A stretch of DNA of 64,000 nt. Source: an uncultured Aliarcobacter sp. Lineage in GTDB: Bacteria > Campylobacterota > Campylobacteria > Campylobacterales > Arcobacteraceae. Made by a program: the position numbers and the translations under genes. The stretch covers positions 1,312,001 through 1,376,000 of the forward strand of contig OY781945.1 in assembly GCA_963677435.1 (NCBI GenBank). The letters run 5' to 3'. Of this stretch, positions 52,103 to 62,126 are shown one piece after another. Below the pieces are notes generated by a model. It made no database searches. It was not told the origin of the DNA and was given only the letters and a program-made list of their open reading frames with translations. Numbering within the stretch: position 1 is the stretch's first letter; each line of letters starts with the position of its first letter.

Positions 52103-53335
52103 ATGAAACCCACGGATTATAATTTTAGATTAAAAGATTCAATTTTAGGACTACAATTTTTATTTGTAGCCTTTGGTGCACTTGTTTTAGTGCCAATATT
52201 AACAGGACTTGATCCAAATGTAGCTTTGTTTACAGCAGGAATTGGTACTTTAGTTTTCCAATTTGTAAATAGATCTTGTGTTCCACCTATTTTTCTTGCA
52301 TCTTCATTTGCATTTATTGCTCCTATTTCTTATGGAGTTGCTACTTGGGGAATTCCTGCAACTATGTCAGGGCTTGTTGCTGCAGGATTTTTATATGTAG
52401 TTCTTAGTTTTTTAATTAGACTAAAAGGTGATAATTTTTTACATAAACTTCTTCCTTCAGTTGTAGTGGGACCTGTAATCATCTCTATTGGACTTATTTT
52501 ATCTCCAGTTGCAGTTAATATGGCAATAGGAAAAACAGGTGATGGTTCAGTTGTTTTAATACCATTTGATCAAGCAATTATTATTTCTATGGTTGCTTTG
52601 TTTATTACTATTTTAGTTTCGCTTCTTGGAAAAGGTATATTTAAATTAATACCAATTTTATTAGGTATTAGTGGTGGATATATTGTATCTTTATATTTTG
52701 GATTAGTTGATTTTTCAGGTATTGAAAAAGCTTCATGGTTTGCAATGCCAAATTTTGTTACACCTGAATTTAATTGGCAAGCTATTGTTTATATTTTACC
52801 AATTGCTATTGCTCCTGCAATTGAACATATTGGAGATATTTTAGCAATTTCAAATGTAACAAAACAAGATTATTTAAAAAAACCAGGTTTGAAAAATACA
52901 CTTTTAGGTGATGGTTTAGCAACTTCTGTAGCTTGTCTTTTTGGAGGACCTCCCAATACTACATATTCAGAAGTTACAGGTGCAGTTACTGTTACAAAAG
53001 CTTATAATCCAGCTATTATGACTTGGGCTGCAATTTGTGCTATTTTATTAGCATTTGTTGGAAAATTAGGAGCTATTCTTGCAACTATTCCAGTACCAGT
53101 TATGGGTGGAATTATGTTGTTACTTTTTGGAATTATTGCGACATTAGGAATTAGTACTTTATCAAGAGCAAATATTGATTTTTCTTGTCCTAGAAATATG
53201 GCTATTGTTTCTATGATTTTAGTATTTTCTATTGGTGGTATGACATTTAATTTTGGTGGTGTTCCTTTTGCTGGTATTGGACTTGGTGCAATTGTTGGGA
53301 TTATTTTAAATCTTGTTTTACCAAAAGCTTTATAA
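52103..53335 (+). CDS. uraA: Uracil permease (NCS2 family)
   Basis: FVAFGALVLVP, LASSFAFI, EHIGD, GPPNTTYSE; divergent from upp. Confidence 0.9.
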   Translation: MKPTDYNFRLKDSILGLQFLFVAFGALVLVPILTGLDPNVALFTAGIGTLVFQFVNRSCVPPIFLASSFAFIAPISYGVATWGIPATMSGLVAAGFLYVVLSFLIRLKGDNFLHKLLPSVVVGPVIISIGLILSPVAVNMAIGKTGDGSVVLIPFDQAIIISMVALFITILVSLLGKGIFKLIPILLGISGGYIVSLYFGLVDFSGIEKASWFAMPNFVTPEFNWQAIVYILPIAIAPAIEHIGDILAISNVTKQDYLKKPGLKNTLLGDGLATSVACLFGGPPNTTYSEVTGAVTVTKAYNPAIMTWAAICAILLAFVGKLGAILATIPVPVMGGIMLLLFGIIATLGISTLSRANIDFSCPRNMAIVSMILVFSIGGMTFNFGGVPFAGIGLGAIVGIILNLVLPKAL

Positions 53336-53391
53336 AAAAATGTTAAAATCTAAGAAATCAATAAAATAATTAATTTTAAAAGGATAAAGCA

Positions 53392-53892
53392 ATGGCAGTA
53401 AAAGAACATCAATTTGACATCTCTGCAAAATTAGATATGCAAGAGATGAAAAATGCAGTTATTCAATCACAAAAAGAGATTGATACTAGATATGATTTTA
53501 AAGGTATTTCAAAAGAGTTAGACTTAAATGTAGGAGCTAAAACTTTAACATTAATCTCTTCAAGTGATAATAAAATTGATGCAATGAGAGATATTTTAAT
53601 TTCTAAAATGAATAAAAGAGGAATATCAATAAACTCACTTGAAGAGTTAAAAAAAGAGGATTCAAGTGGTGGAAATAGAAAATATTCATACAAAATTATT
53701 GATAGTATTGAAAAAGATGAAGCAAAAAGAATTCAAACAGAAATAAAAAATCTAAAATTAAAAGTAAGTGCTGTTAATCAAGGTGATGAGATTAGAGTAA
53801 CTGGAAAAAATATCGATGATTTACAAACTATCATGAAACATTTAAAATCACTTGATTTTAAAGCTCCTTTAGTATTTGATAATTTTAGATAA
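53392..53892 (+). CDS. yajQ: YajQ-family nucleotide/c-di-GMP-binding protein
   Basis: FDIS, RYDFKG, QGDEIRVTGKNIDDLQ, FDNFR. Confidence 0.93.
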   Translation: MAVKEHQFDISAKLDMQEMKNAVIQSQKEIDTRYDFKGISKELDLNVGAKTLTLISSSDNKIDAMRDILISKMNKRGISINSLEELKKEDSSGGNRKYSYKIIDSIEKDEAKRIQTEIKNLKLKVSAVNQGDEIRVTGKNIDDLQTIMKHLKSLDFKAPLVFDNFR

Positions 53893-53973
53893 ATGGAATT
53901 TTAACCTTTGAATTAAGAAAATAATTATTTAGAATATAATATTATGTTCAAATAATTATTTTAAAGGTTTATA

Positions 53974-54564
53974 ATGGATACATCAACAATTCTTTGGATT
54001 TTAATTCCACTACTTCTATTATACGTAATTTATATCTACAATAATCTTGTTTCTTTAAATGCAAAACAAAAAAACTTCTTTTCACAAATAGATATACAAT
54101 TAAAAAGAAGATATGACTTAATTCCTAATTTAGTTGAAACTGCAAAAAAATATATGCAACATGAAGAAGAAACTTTAACTAAAGTAATAGAAGCTAGAAA
54201 TATTGCTAAAAATTCTTTGGCAGAAGTTCAAAAGAATTTCAACTCACAAAATATAAAAAATTTAGTTGAAAAAGAGAATGGTTTTGTAAGTGCTTTAAGT
54301 GGTTTATCTTTTGTTATGGAAGATTATCCAGAGTTAAAAGCAGATTCTATTATAAAAAATCTACAAGAAGAGTTATCTTCAACTGAAAATAAAATTGCTT
54401 TTGCAAGACAAGCTTATAACGATAGTGTTATGAGATATAACATTTTTAGACAATCTTTTCCTAATAATATATTTTCAAATATCTTTGGACATAGTATAGA
54501 TGCAAATTTATTACAATTTGAAGATACAAATGAAATAAGAAAATCTGTAAAAGTTTCATTTTAA
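53974..54564 (+). CDS. lemA: LemA family protein
   Basis: IDIQLKRRYDLIPNLV, YPELKA, TENKIAFARQAYN. Confidence 0.95.
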   Translation: MDTSTILWILIPLLLLYVIYIYNNLVSLNAKQKNFFSQIDIQLKRRYDLIPNLVETAKKYMQHEEETLTKVIEARNIAKNSLAEVQKNFNSQNIKNLVEKENGFVSALSGLSFVMEDYPELKADSIIKNLQEELSSTENKIAFARQAYNDSVMRYNIFRQSFPNNIFSNIFGHSIDANLLQFEDTNEIRKSVKVSF

Positions 54565-54567
54565 AAG

Positions 54568-56487
54568 ATGGATTTTTTTGAACAGCAAGTAATTGCACGA
54601 AGAAAAAGTTATTTATTAATCTTTTTATTTATTTTTTCAATAATTTTTTTAGTTGCACTTTCAAATATTATTGTTTTTTCTTTTTACTCTTATTTTAATA
54701 ATGACTCAATAATTAATTTTTACAAATATTGGCATTTAAAAACATTTTTATTTATTACTATACCACTTGTTTTTATTATCTTAATAAGTACTTTTTTTAA
54801 ATTAAGAGAATTTAGTGATATTTCTAAACTCTCATTACACTATTTTGATGCAAAGTTAGTCAAATTAAATAATTGTACAAGTAATGAAAAAATTTTATTA
54901 AATATTGTCTCTGAAATGTCAATAGCTTCTGGTATTCCTATTTTAAAAGTTTATACTATTGAAGATTTTGGTGTTAACTCATTTGTTATTGGAAATGATA
55001 TTTCTGATGCTTCTATTTTAATTACAAGTACTTCTTTGGAAGTTTTATCAAGGGATGAACTTCAATCTATGATTGCTTTTGAATTTGCTAAAGTATTCAC
55101 AGGAAATATGCAATTAAATATGAAGTTGGTTGCTTTAACATATTCTTTTTTGCAAATATTTTTAATTGGAAAGTCTTTATTTCATGGAATAGCATATTCT
55201 TTAGGTGATGCAAGACAAAATGAAGAAATCTCTTTAATTCATATTATTCTTTGGATATTTATGTTTATTATTGCTATTTTCTTTTTGATTTTTGGCTGTG
55301 TTGGATATGTAGTAGGTATGTTTATTAAGTTCTTAATTTTAAAAGAGAGAATTTACTTAAATGATTCAATTACAATTGAATATACTAGGAACCCAATATC
55401 TTTTATTAGATTATTAAAAAAATCAAATCATTATCAATCATATAATAATTTTTCTGAGTTATTTGAACACTCATATTTTATTCAAACAAATAATGATTTA
55501 TTTTCAAAAGCTTTTAATCTTTATCCTGATGTTTTAAATAGAATTGAAAGATTATCTAATGATGGAATTTATGATCCTTTAATAATAAAAGATGAGAATT
55601 TTGAATCTTCTAGTGAAGTAAATCACAAAAATAAAGAGAAAAAATCTAAAAAAGATATTTTAATAAATTCTATAACTGGAATTGTTATTCTTGATAATTT
55701 TAATGCAATTGAAGATTATGCAAAAAAAATGAGTTTAGGTAGAGAAATTTTACCAAAAGAGTTAAATCTCTTTTTTGAAGATATAAAAAGTACAAAAGCC
55801 TTGATTATTACACTTTTATTAAGTAGTGATATTTTACATAGAAATAAACAACTTGAACTAATAGAAATAGATGAAATAAAAGATATTGTAATTAAAAACT
55901 ATGAAACTATTAACTTATATAAAAATGAATTTAATCTTTTGATAATGCAACAATCTTTATTGATTTTACAAGATATGAGTATTAATGAATATAGAAGTTT
56001 TAGAACCTTATTAAATAATATAATTTATTTAGATTCAATTGCAGAAGTGTATGAATTAAATATTGAAATAATTATATTAAGACAGCTAGATTTTCATTTT
56101 AATTTGCGTGAAAATGAAAGTGAAAAGTTTTTTTATTATGAAGATATTAAATACTCTTTCGAAATATTTTTATCTGTATTAGCTTACACGCAAGACAGAT
56201 CAGATATCAAAGCAATTGATAGTTTTAATTCAGCAATCAAATATGAGAATATAAGCTCTTTAGAATTAATTAAAAAAGATGAAATATCTAATAGGTTGCT
56301 AAAACAAGCTATCAAAGATTTGAGTTTTTGTTCTTTTGAATTAAGAAAAAAGATATTAAATGCTTCTATTATCTGCTTATCTAATGATAATATTATTGAA
56401 AATTGGGAAATAGATCTTATTTATTCTATTTCAATAATTCTAAAAATTCCATTTCCATTTTCAAGTCAAAAAGATTGTAATTTTTAG
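54568..56487 (+). CDS. M48/HtpX-like membrane protein with degenerate zinc motifs
   Basis: MDFFEQQ, NIVSEMSIASGIP, NSF, LSRDELQSMIA followed by FEFAK where HExxH is expected. Confidence 0.8.
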   Translation: MDFFEQQVIARRKSYLLIFLFIFSIIFLVALSNIIVFSFYSYFNNDSIINFYKYWHLKTFLFITIPLVFIILISTFFKLREFSDISKLSLHYFDAKLVKLNNCTSNEKILLNIVSEMSIASGIPILKVYTIEDFGVNSFVIGNDISDASILITSTSLEVLSRDELQSMIAFEFAKVFTGNMQLNMKLVALTYSFLQIFLIGKSLFHGIAYSLGDARQNEEISLIHIILWIFMFIIAIFFLIFGCVGYVVGMFIKFLILKERIYLNDSITIEYTRNPISFIRLLKKSNHYQSYNNFSELFEHSYFIQTNNDLFSKAFNLYPDVLNRIERLSNDGIYDPLIIKDENFESSSEVNHKNKEKKSKKDILINSITGIVILDNFNAIEDYAKKMSLGREILPKELNLFFEDIKSTKALIITLLLSSDILHRNKQLELIEIDEIKDIVIKNYETINLYKNEFNLLIMQQSLLILQDMSINEYRSFRTLLNNIIYLDSIAEVYELNIEIIILRQLDFHFNLRENESEKFFYYEDIKYSFEIFLSVLAYTQDRSDIKAIDSFNSAIKYENISSLELIKKDEISNRLLKQAIKDLSFCSFELRKKILNASIICLSNDNIIENWEIDLIYSISIILKIPFPFSSQKDCNF

Positions 56488-56539
56488 ATAATTTACAAAT
56501 TATTAATATATAATTCATCTTTTAATTAAAGGATGAATT

Positions 56540-57328
56540 ATAGAACTTATTATAATAAAAGCAATCACAGTTGTATTTCTTGTTTTATCACTTAGCTTTA
56601 TAGCTGAAAAAGTTAGCCCAAAAATTTCTGGCGTTCTTTCTGGTCTTCCTATTGGAAGTTCAATTACACTTATATTTTTTGCTTTAGAAAATGGAGTTGA
56701 TTATGTTACAAAGGTAGCTTTGTACAATATTCATGGTCTTTTTGCTGCACTTGCATTTTCAATTGGATATTATATTAGTACTTTTTATAAGGGAAAATTT
56801 GAAATATTTTTAAGCCTTTTTATCTCTTTTATCTCTTATTTAATAATTGCATTTATTTTAGCTTATGTTCCTCCTCATGTTATTTTAACGCCTTTAATTG
56901 TTATAACATTAATGATTATTGCATCAATTTATTTTGCAAAAAAAGAGAACTTTGCAATTGATAAAAAAATAAAAACTTCACTTTCAGATATATTTTTTAG
57001 GTCACTTTTAACAATAACTATTTTTTTAATAATTTCAAGTTTACCAAAATATGTTCCTTCAAATATTGCAGGAATTTTTTCTTCATTTCCAACTATTTTG
57101 TTGCCATTACTTTTAATTATTCATTTCAGACATAGTAACTTACAAGCAAGAACAATAATAAAAAATACTCCTTTTGGATTAAGTTCAGTGGTAATTTATT
57201 CTTTAGTTGTATATTTAACTTATGGTCAAATTGGAATACTTTATGGAACAATTGTAGCTTTTATTGCTTCTTTAACATATGTAGTTTTGCAAGGAAAAAT
57301 TCTAAAATTTTTTAAATTAATAAAATAA
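56540..57328 (+). CDS. Hypothetical polytopic membrane protein; probable ATA start upstream of the track ORF
   Basis: Frame is open 60 codons upstream of 56720 (IELIIIKAITVVFLVLSLSFIAEKVSPKISGVLSGLP...); AAGGA lies 6 nt before ATA at 56540. Confidence 0.75.
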   Translation: MELIIIKAITVVFLVLSLSFIAEKVSPKISGVLSGLPIGSSITLIFFALENGVDYVTKVALYNIHGLFAALAFSIGYYISTFYKGKFEIFLSLFISFISYLIIAFILAYVPPHVILTPLIVITLMIIASIYFAKKENFAIDKKIKTSLSDIFFRSLLTITIFLIISSLPKYVPSNIAGIFSSFPTILLPLLLIIHFRHSNLQARTIIKNTPFGLSSVVIYSLVVYLTYGQIGILYGTIVAFIASLTYVVLQGKILKFFKLIK

Positions 57329-57390
57329 TTAATGTACACAGGAAGTAAACAAAATTTGAATATAATGAAAATTATACATTAGGATTTTAT

Positions 57391-58050
57391 ATGAGAGTTT
57401 TATTATTAGAAGATGATGTTGCTTTAAGTGATTTATTAAATGAGCATTTAGAAGACAAGGGTTTTGATGTAACTTTATGCACAAATGGACAAGATGCCTT
57501 AGAAACCTTAATAGATCAAAAGTTTGATATTGCTTTACTTGATATTAATACACCACAAATTAGTGGAATTGAAGTTTTAAAAACTATTAGGAAAGAGTAT
57601 AAAAATAATACTCCTGCAATTATTTTAACAGCTTATCAAGATACAAAACATCTAAAAGAATCTTTTGAAAATGGTGTTGATGATTATATTAAAAAACCTT
57701 TTGATTTAGAAGAATTAGATCAAAGAATATTAAGACTTTGTCGACAGTTTTTTATTAACCAAGATGATAAAATTAAGATTGATGAAAATATTTTCTTTGA
57801 ACCAAAAACATGTCAAGTTTTTAAAGATGATAAAATAATTAATATTGCACAAAAAGAAAGAGATATTTTAAAATATTTTTGTACACATAAAAATAGAGTT
57901 ATTTCAAGTGATGAACTTTTACAAAATATTTGGGCATATGATGAAATGCCAACAGATGCTACTATTAGAGTTTATATAAAAAATCTTAGAGAAATAGTTG
58001 GAAAAGAAAAAATTACTACAATAAGAGCTATAGGATACAGATTTGAATAA
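57391..58050 (+). CDS. OmpR-family response regulator
   Basis: LLLEDD, LLDINTP, KPF, IRVYIKNLR, GYRF winged helix. Confidence 0.95.
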   Translation: MRVLLLEDDVALSDLLNEHLEDKGFDVTLCTNGQDALETLIDQKFDIALLDINTPQISGIEVLKTIRKEYKNNTPAIILTAYQDTKHLKESFENGVDDYIKKPFDLEELDQRILRLCRQFFINQDDKIKIDENIFFEPKTCQVFKDDKIINIAQKERDILKYFCTHKNRVISSDELLQNIWAYDEMPTDATIRVYIKNLREIVGKEKITTIRAIGYRFE

Positions 58051-59215
58051 TGATGAAAAAAATGCACTTAGAAAATTTTTATTTATTTATGTAACATCAA
58101 CACTATTTTTAGTTAGTGTAATTTTATATATTTATTATGGAAATGAGCTAAAAATGGCTCAAGAAACTTGCAATATGGAACTTAAAAATGCTTCTATGCA
58201 AATAAAAGCTGAAATTTTAGATAAGTATATGAAAAATAAAGATTTTACTCCTGAAAAATTCCCAAAAGAAAATATAAGATATGCTCTTTTAGATAAAGAC
58301 AAAAATCTTATTTTTTCATATTTAGATGATAAATTTAAAATAAATTATTCAAAAGATGTTTATGAAAATAGTTCTTATAACTATTTTATAACCACAATTA
58401 ATGAAGATAATATTCCAATAAAATATATAGTTATGGAGAGTTGCCAGCTTCAAAGAGATAAAAATGATATTAAAATATTACTTCTTATTAAATTAGTAAT
58501 TAGTTCAATATTTATAGCTTGTATTGGTTATTTATTATCAAAAATTTTATTAAATCCAGCAAGAAAAAGAGTTGAATCTATGGATAAATTTATAAAAGAT
58601 TCAGCCCATGAATTAAATACTCCAATTGCTGTTTTAATGACTTCTGTTTCTATGTTAAAAAGTGGGAAAAATCCTGAGAAAATGATGAAATATATATTAA
58701 GTAGTAGTAAACAAATTTCTCAAATATATAATGATATTCATTTTTCAGCTTTTAATGAAATAAATGAAGATGTTTTTGAAGAGTTTGATTTAAAAGATTT
58801 AGTTAGTGAAAGTGTAGATTATTTCAACGATATTTCTATTACAAAAAATATAAAAATTGATTCTAAATTATCTAGTTGTTTTATAAAAATGGATAAAACA
58901 AAAACTCAAAAACTTGTAAATAATATTATTTCAAATGCAATTAAATATAGTTACAAAGATTCAAATATAGAGGTTGTTTTAGAAAATTATATTTTATCTG
59001 TAAAAGATTTTGGAAGAGGAATTAGTCTCGAAGAACAAAAAGAGATTTTCAAAAGATATAAAAGAGGAAATAATAACGAAGGTGGCTTTGGTATAGGTTT
59101 AGATATTGTAAAAAGAATTTGTACTGAATATAATTTGCATCTTAATTTAAAGTCTGAACTAAAAAAAGAGACTATATTTGAAGTGGACTTTTCTTCAATA
59201 GTAAATAAAAAGTAA
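58043..59215 (+). CDS. Sensor histidine kinase
   Basis: Two TM segments, SAHELNTP, SNAIKY, DFGRGI, GFGIGL. Confidence 0.95.
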   Translation: MNNDEKNALRKFLFIYVTSTLFLVSVILYIYYGNELKMAQETCNMELKNASMQIKAEILDKYMKNKDFTPEKFPKENIRYALLDKDKNLIFSYLDDKFKINYSKDVYENSSYNYFITTINEDNIPIKYIVMESCQLQRDKNDIKILLLIKLVISSIFIACIGYLLSKILLNPARKRVESMDKFIKDSAHELNTPIAVLMTSVSMLKSGKNPEKMMKYILSSSKQISQIYNDIHFSAFNEINEDVFEEFDLKDLVSESVDYFNDISITKNIKIDSKLSSCFIKMDKTKTQKLVNNIISNAIKYSYKDSNIEVVLENYILSVKDFGRGISLEEQKEIFKRYKRGNNNEGGFGIGLDIVKRICTEYNLHLNLKSELKKETIFEVDFSSIVNKK

Positions 59216-59263
59216 ATTGAATAAAATTTTTGTTAGAATACGAAAAAATTAAAAAGACTAAAA

Positions 59264-59848
59264 ATGATAAATGAAATTGAAAATTTAGAGATTAGTGAAT
59301 TAACAAATACAAAATTTATTCATCCAATTAAATTAACTTATAAGCAAAATGGTAGAAATAAAACTTGGGAAGCTGTAAAAAGTCATAATAGCGTAGCTGT
59401 TGTTTTATATCATATTCAAAAAAATGCTTTTTTACTTGTAAAACAATTTCGTGCACCAGTTTTTTTGAATGATGGTTCTAAAACTTTTACTTACGAATTA
59501 TGTGCTGGATTAGTGGATAAAAATAAATCATTAGAAGAGATAGTAAAAGAAGAAATTGATGAAGAGTGTGGTTACAAAGTAGATTTAAATGATATTATAA
59601 AAATCACATCATTTTATACAAGTGTTGGAATAAGTGGAGCTTGTCAATATCTTTTTTTTGCTAAGATTGATGATTCTATGAAAATACATGAAGGTGGTGG
59701 TATAAACGATGAAGAGATTGAAGTTATGTATTTGCCAATAGAAAAGAGTGATGAATTTATTTTTGATGAATCAAAGGCAAAAACACCTGGTTTGATGTTC
59801 GGTTTTTATTGGTTTTTAAAAAATAAAGAGAAATTAGGAATTAAATGA
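59264..59848 (+). CDS. NUDIX nucleotide-sugar pyrophosphatase (NudK-like)
   Basis: LVKQFR, ELCAGLVD......VKEEIDEECGY, GGG..DEEIE. Confidence 0.9.
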   Translation: MINEIENLEISELTNTKFIHPIKLTYKQNGRNKTWEAVKSHNSVAVVLYHIQKNAFLLVKQFRAPVFLNDGSKTFTYELCAGLVDKNKSLEEIVKEEIDEECGYKVDLNDIIKITSFYTSVGISGACQYLFFAKIDDSMKIHEGGGINDEEIEVMYLPIEKSDEFIFDESKAKTPGLMFGFYWFLKNKEKLGIK

Positions 59849-60339
59849 GATATTTAGTTGTATTTTTATTAGTATTAAATTTTATTTCATATGCAAATGA
59901 ACCTGCTCAATATCAATTAGAAAATAAACAAGAGCAAATAACAGAACCTGTTAAAAAGCAAGAAGATCTAATGGATATTAATAATTCTTTTATCACAAAA
60001 TATGAATATGGAAAAATGTTATATAATAATCCTAGGGGAATAGGGTGCAATAGCTGTCATGGAAATGATGCAAGAGGAAAAAAGATGGTTGATTTTAAAC
60101 ATCAAGTTTCTGATAAAAAAATTTATAATTGTACTTTAGTCGTACCAGATATAAAAAATATTGATTATCAAACTTTTTCAACAAAGGTAAATTCTAAAAA
60201 GAATCCAAATTTTAAATTTGATAAAGACCAAGTTTGTGAAAAATTAATTTATTATGCAAATGTAATGCCTACATACTTCTTGGTTGAAGAAGAGATAGAG
60301 GCAATTTTTTATTATATACAAAATATAAAGACTAAATAA
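59845..60339 (+). CDS. Monoheme c-type cytochrome
   Basis: Signal peptide, CNSCH, distal VMPTY. Confidence 0.85.
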   Translation: MRYLVVFLLVLNFISYANEPAQYQLENKQEQITEPVKKQEDLMDINNSFITKYEYGKMLYNNPRGIGCNSCHGNDARGKKMVDFKHQVSDKKIYNCTLVVPDIKNIDYQTFSTKVNSKKNPNFKFDKDQVCEKLIYYANVMPTYFLVEEEIEAIFYYIQNIKTK

Positions 60340-60347
60340 TTCTAGTC

Positions 60348-61358
60348 TTATCTTGAAAAAGCAATTCCTAAACCTACTTTTTGAACTTCTCTATCATAAT
60401 CAATTAAACTATTTCCATAACCTGAAAATATTTGGAATAATCCATAAGCATTATTTGTAGATAAAAACTCAGGTAAAGGGAAAGTCCAGTTTAATTCAGC
60501 TGAGCCTTTATTATTACTATTGAATTTTAAATTATCTCTTAATGCTAATTCAAAAGTATGTTTTTTATAAGCATATAAAAAAGTCAATTCTCCATTTCCA
60601 TAATAATCTTCAATATTAGGATTATCATCTTCACTTTCATTTTCTGGAATTCTATACCAAATTTTTGGAATTATAAACAAACTTGATAGCTGAAAATAAC
60701 TCTCAAGATATATTCTATTCCATGATCTTGATTGTTCATCGTTTTTCCCATTTGAAAGATGATTTAATGCAATTTTATAACCTTTTAATGTACTTTCTTC
60801 TTCATAAGGGAATTGCACAAATATTTCAGGTTCATAGTTTGTTTCTCTAAATGGAGATGAATCAGCTGTTGTTTGCCAAAATGATCTTTGAGTATATGCA
60901 GCACTTATTGTTTCATTTAATCCAAAAAAGTCATATGAAATAGGTTTCTCAATACTTATTTGAAAAGAAGTTTCAAAAGCTTTTCTATCATCTGATTTAT
61001 TAAAATCATAAGTTGCAGGTAATAGATAATTTTTTTTATAAGGATATAAATCAAAATCACCTGTAATTATTTGTTTTAAATTTTCATCAGTTTCTTTATC
61101 ATTAACTTTATCAATTTGTTTTTGATAGAAAGCTTTTTTCATATTTGTAAAAGATTCACCTTTTTGATTATCATTTTTTGATAAATCAAATAAATATTTA
61201 TCTTCTTTCGAAACATTAATATTCGCAGCTTTTTTATATAAAAGCATTGCTTCTTTATAATTTCCTTGATTTTCTAAGTCTTGTGCTTCTTTATAAAGCT
61301 TATCTACATCTTCTGCAAAACATAAAGTACATAAAAGTAAGGGTAAAAATCTTTTCAT
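60348..61358 (-). CDS. pldA: Outer-membrane phospholipase A
   Basis: YTQRSFWQ, SSPFRETNYEPE, HLSNG, SRSWNR, GYGNSLIDY. Confidence 0.95.
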   Translation of the reverse strand: MKRFLPLLLCTLCFAEDVDKLYKEAQDLENQGNYKEAMLLYKKAANINVSKEDKYLFDLSKNDNQKGESFTNMKKAFYQKQIDKVNDKETDENLKQIITGDFDLYPYKKNYLLPATYDFNKSDDRKAFETSFQISIEKPISYDFFGLNETISAAYTQRSFWQTTADSSPFRETNYEPEIFVQFPYEEESTLKGYKIALNHLSNGKNDEQSRSWNRIYLESYFQLSSLFIIPKIWYRIPENESEDDNPNIEDYYGNGELTFLYAYKKHTFELALRDNLKFNSNNKGSAELNWTFPLPEFLSTNNAYGLFQIFSGYGNSLIDYDREVQKVGLGIAFSR

Positions 61359-61482
61359 TATTTGCCAATTTATTTTTTGCTACATTCTACATCAAAAAAT
61401 ATTATATGTTTATTTTTATACTTTACATAAAGAGTTTAAATGATATAATCGGGCAAAATTTAGAAAAAAAGGTTAGAAAAAG

Positions 61483-62124
61483 ATGCTCGTAGCACCTTCT
61501 ATATTATCAGCAGATTTTGGAAATTTGTCTAATGAAATAAAAGCAATTTGTGATGGTGGATGTGATTTAATCCATGTAGATGTAATGGATGGACATTTTG
61601 TTCCAAATATGACAATTGGACCTGTTGTTGTAAATCCAGTTGCAAAAGTTGCAACAAAACCTCTTGATATACATTTAATGGTTGAAGATAATACATTTTT
61701 CGTAGAACTTTTTGCACCTTGTAAACCTCTTTATATTTCATTTCATATTGAAAGTGAAAAACATCCACATAGACTTATTCAAAAAATTAGAGATTATGGA
61801 ATAAAACCAGCTATTGTTTTAAATCCTCATACTCCACCAGAAGCTATAGAATATTTACTTGAAGATTTAGATATGGTTTTATTAATGTCAGTAAATCCAG
61901 GATTTGGTGGACAAAAATTCATTTCAAGTGTAATTGAAAAAGCTAAAAAGCTAAAAGAGTTAATAAATAAAAAAAATCCCAATTGTCTAATTGAAGTGGA
62001 CGGTGGAGTTAATGATAAAAATATTCACTTATTAAAAGAAGCTGGTGTTGATGTTGTTGTTGCTGGATCTTATGTATTTGGTAATAGTGATTATTCAAAA
62101 GCCATAAAAAGCCTGCAGGTTTAA
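61483..62124 (+). CDS. rpe: Ribulose-phosphate 3-epimerase
   Basis: APSILSADF, HVDVMDGHFVPN, MSVNPGFGGQ, VDGG. Confidence 0.97.
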   Translation: MLVAPSILSADFGNLSNEIKAICDGGCDLIHVDVMDGHFVPNMTIGPVVVNPVAKVATKPLDIHLMVEDNTFFVELFAPCKPLYISFHIESEKHPHRLIQKIRDYGIKPAIVLNPHTPPEAIEYLLEDLDMVLLMSVNPGFGGQKFISSVIEKAKKLKELINKKNPNCLIEVDGGVNDKNIHLLKEAGVDVVVAGSYVFGNSDYSKAIKSLQV

Positions 62125-62126
62125 AA

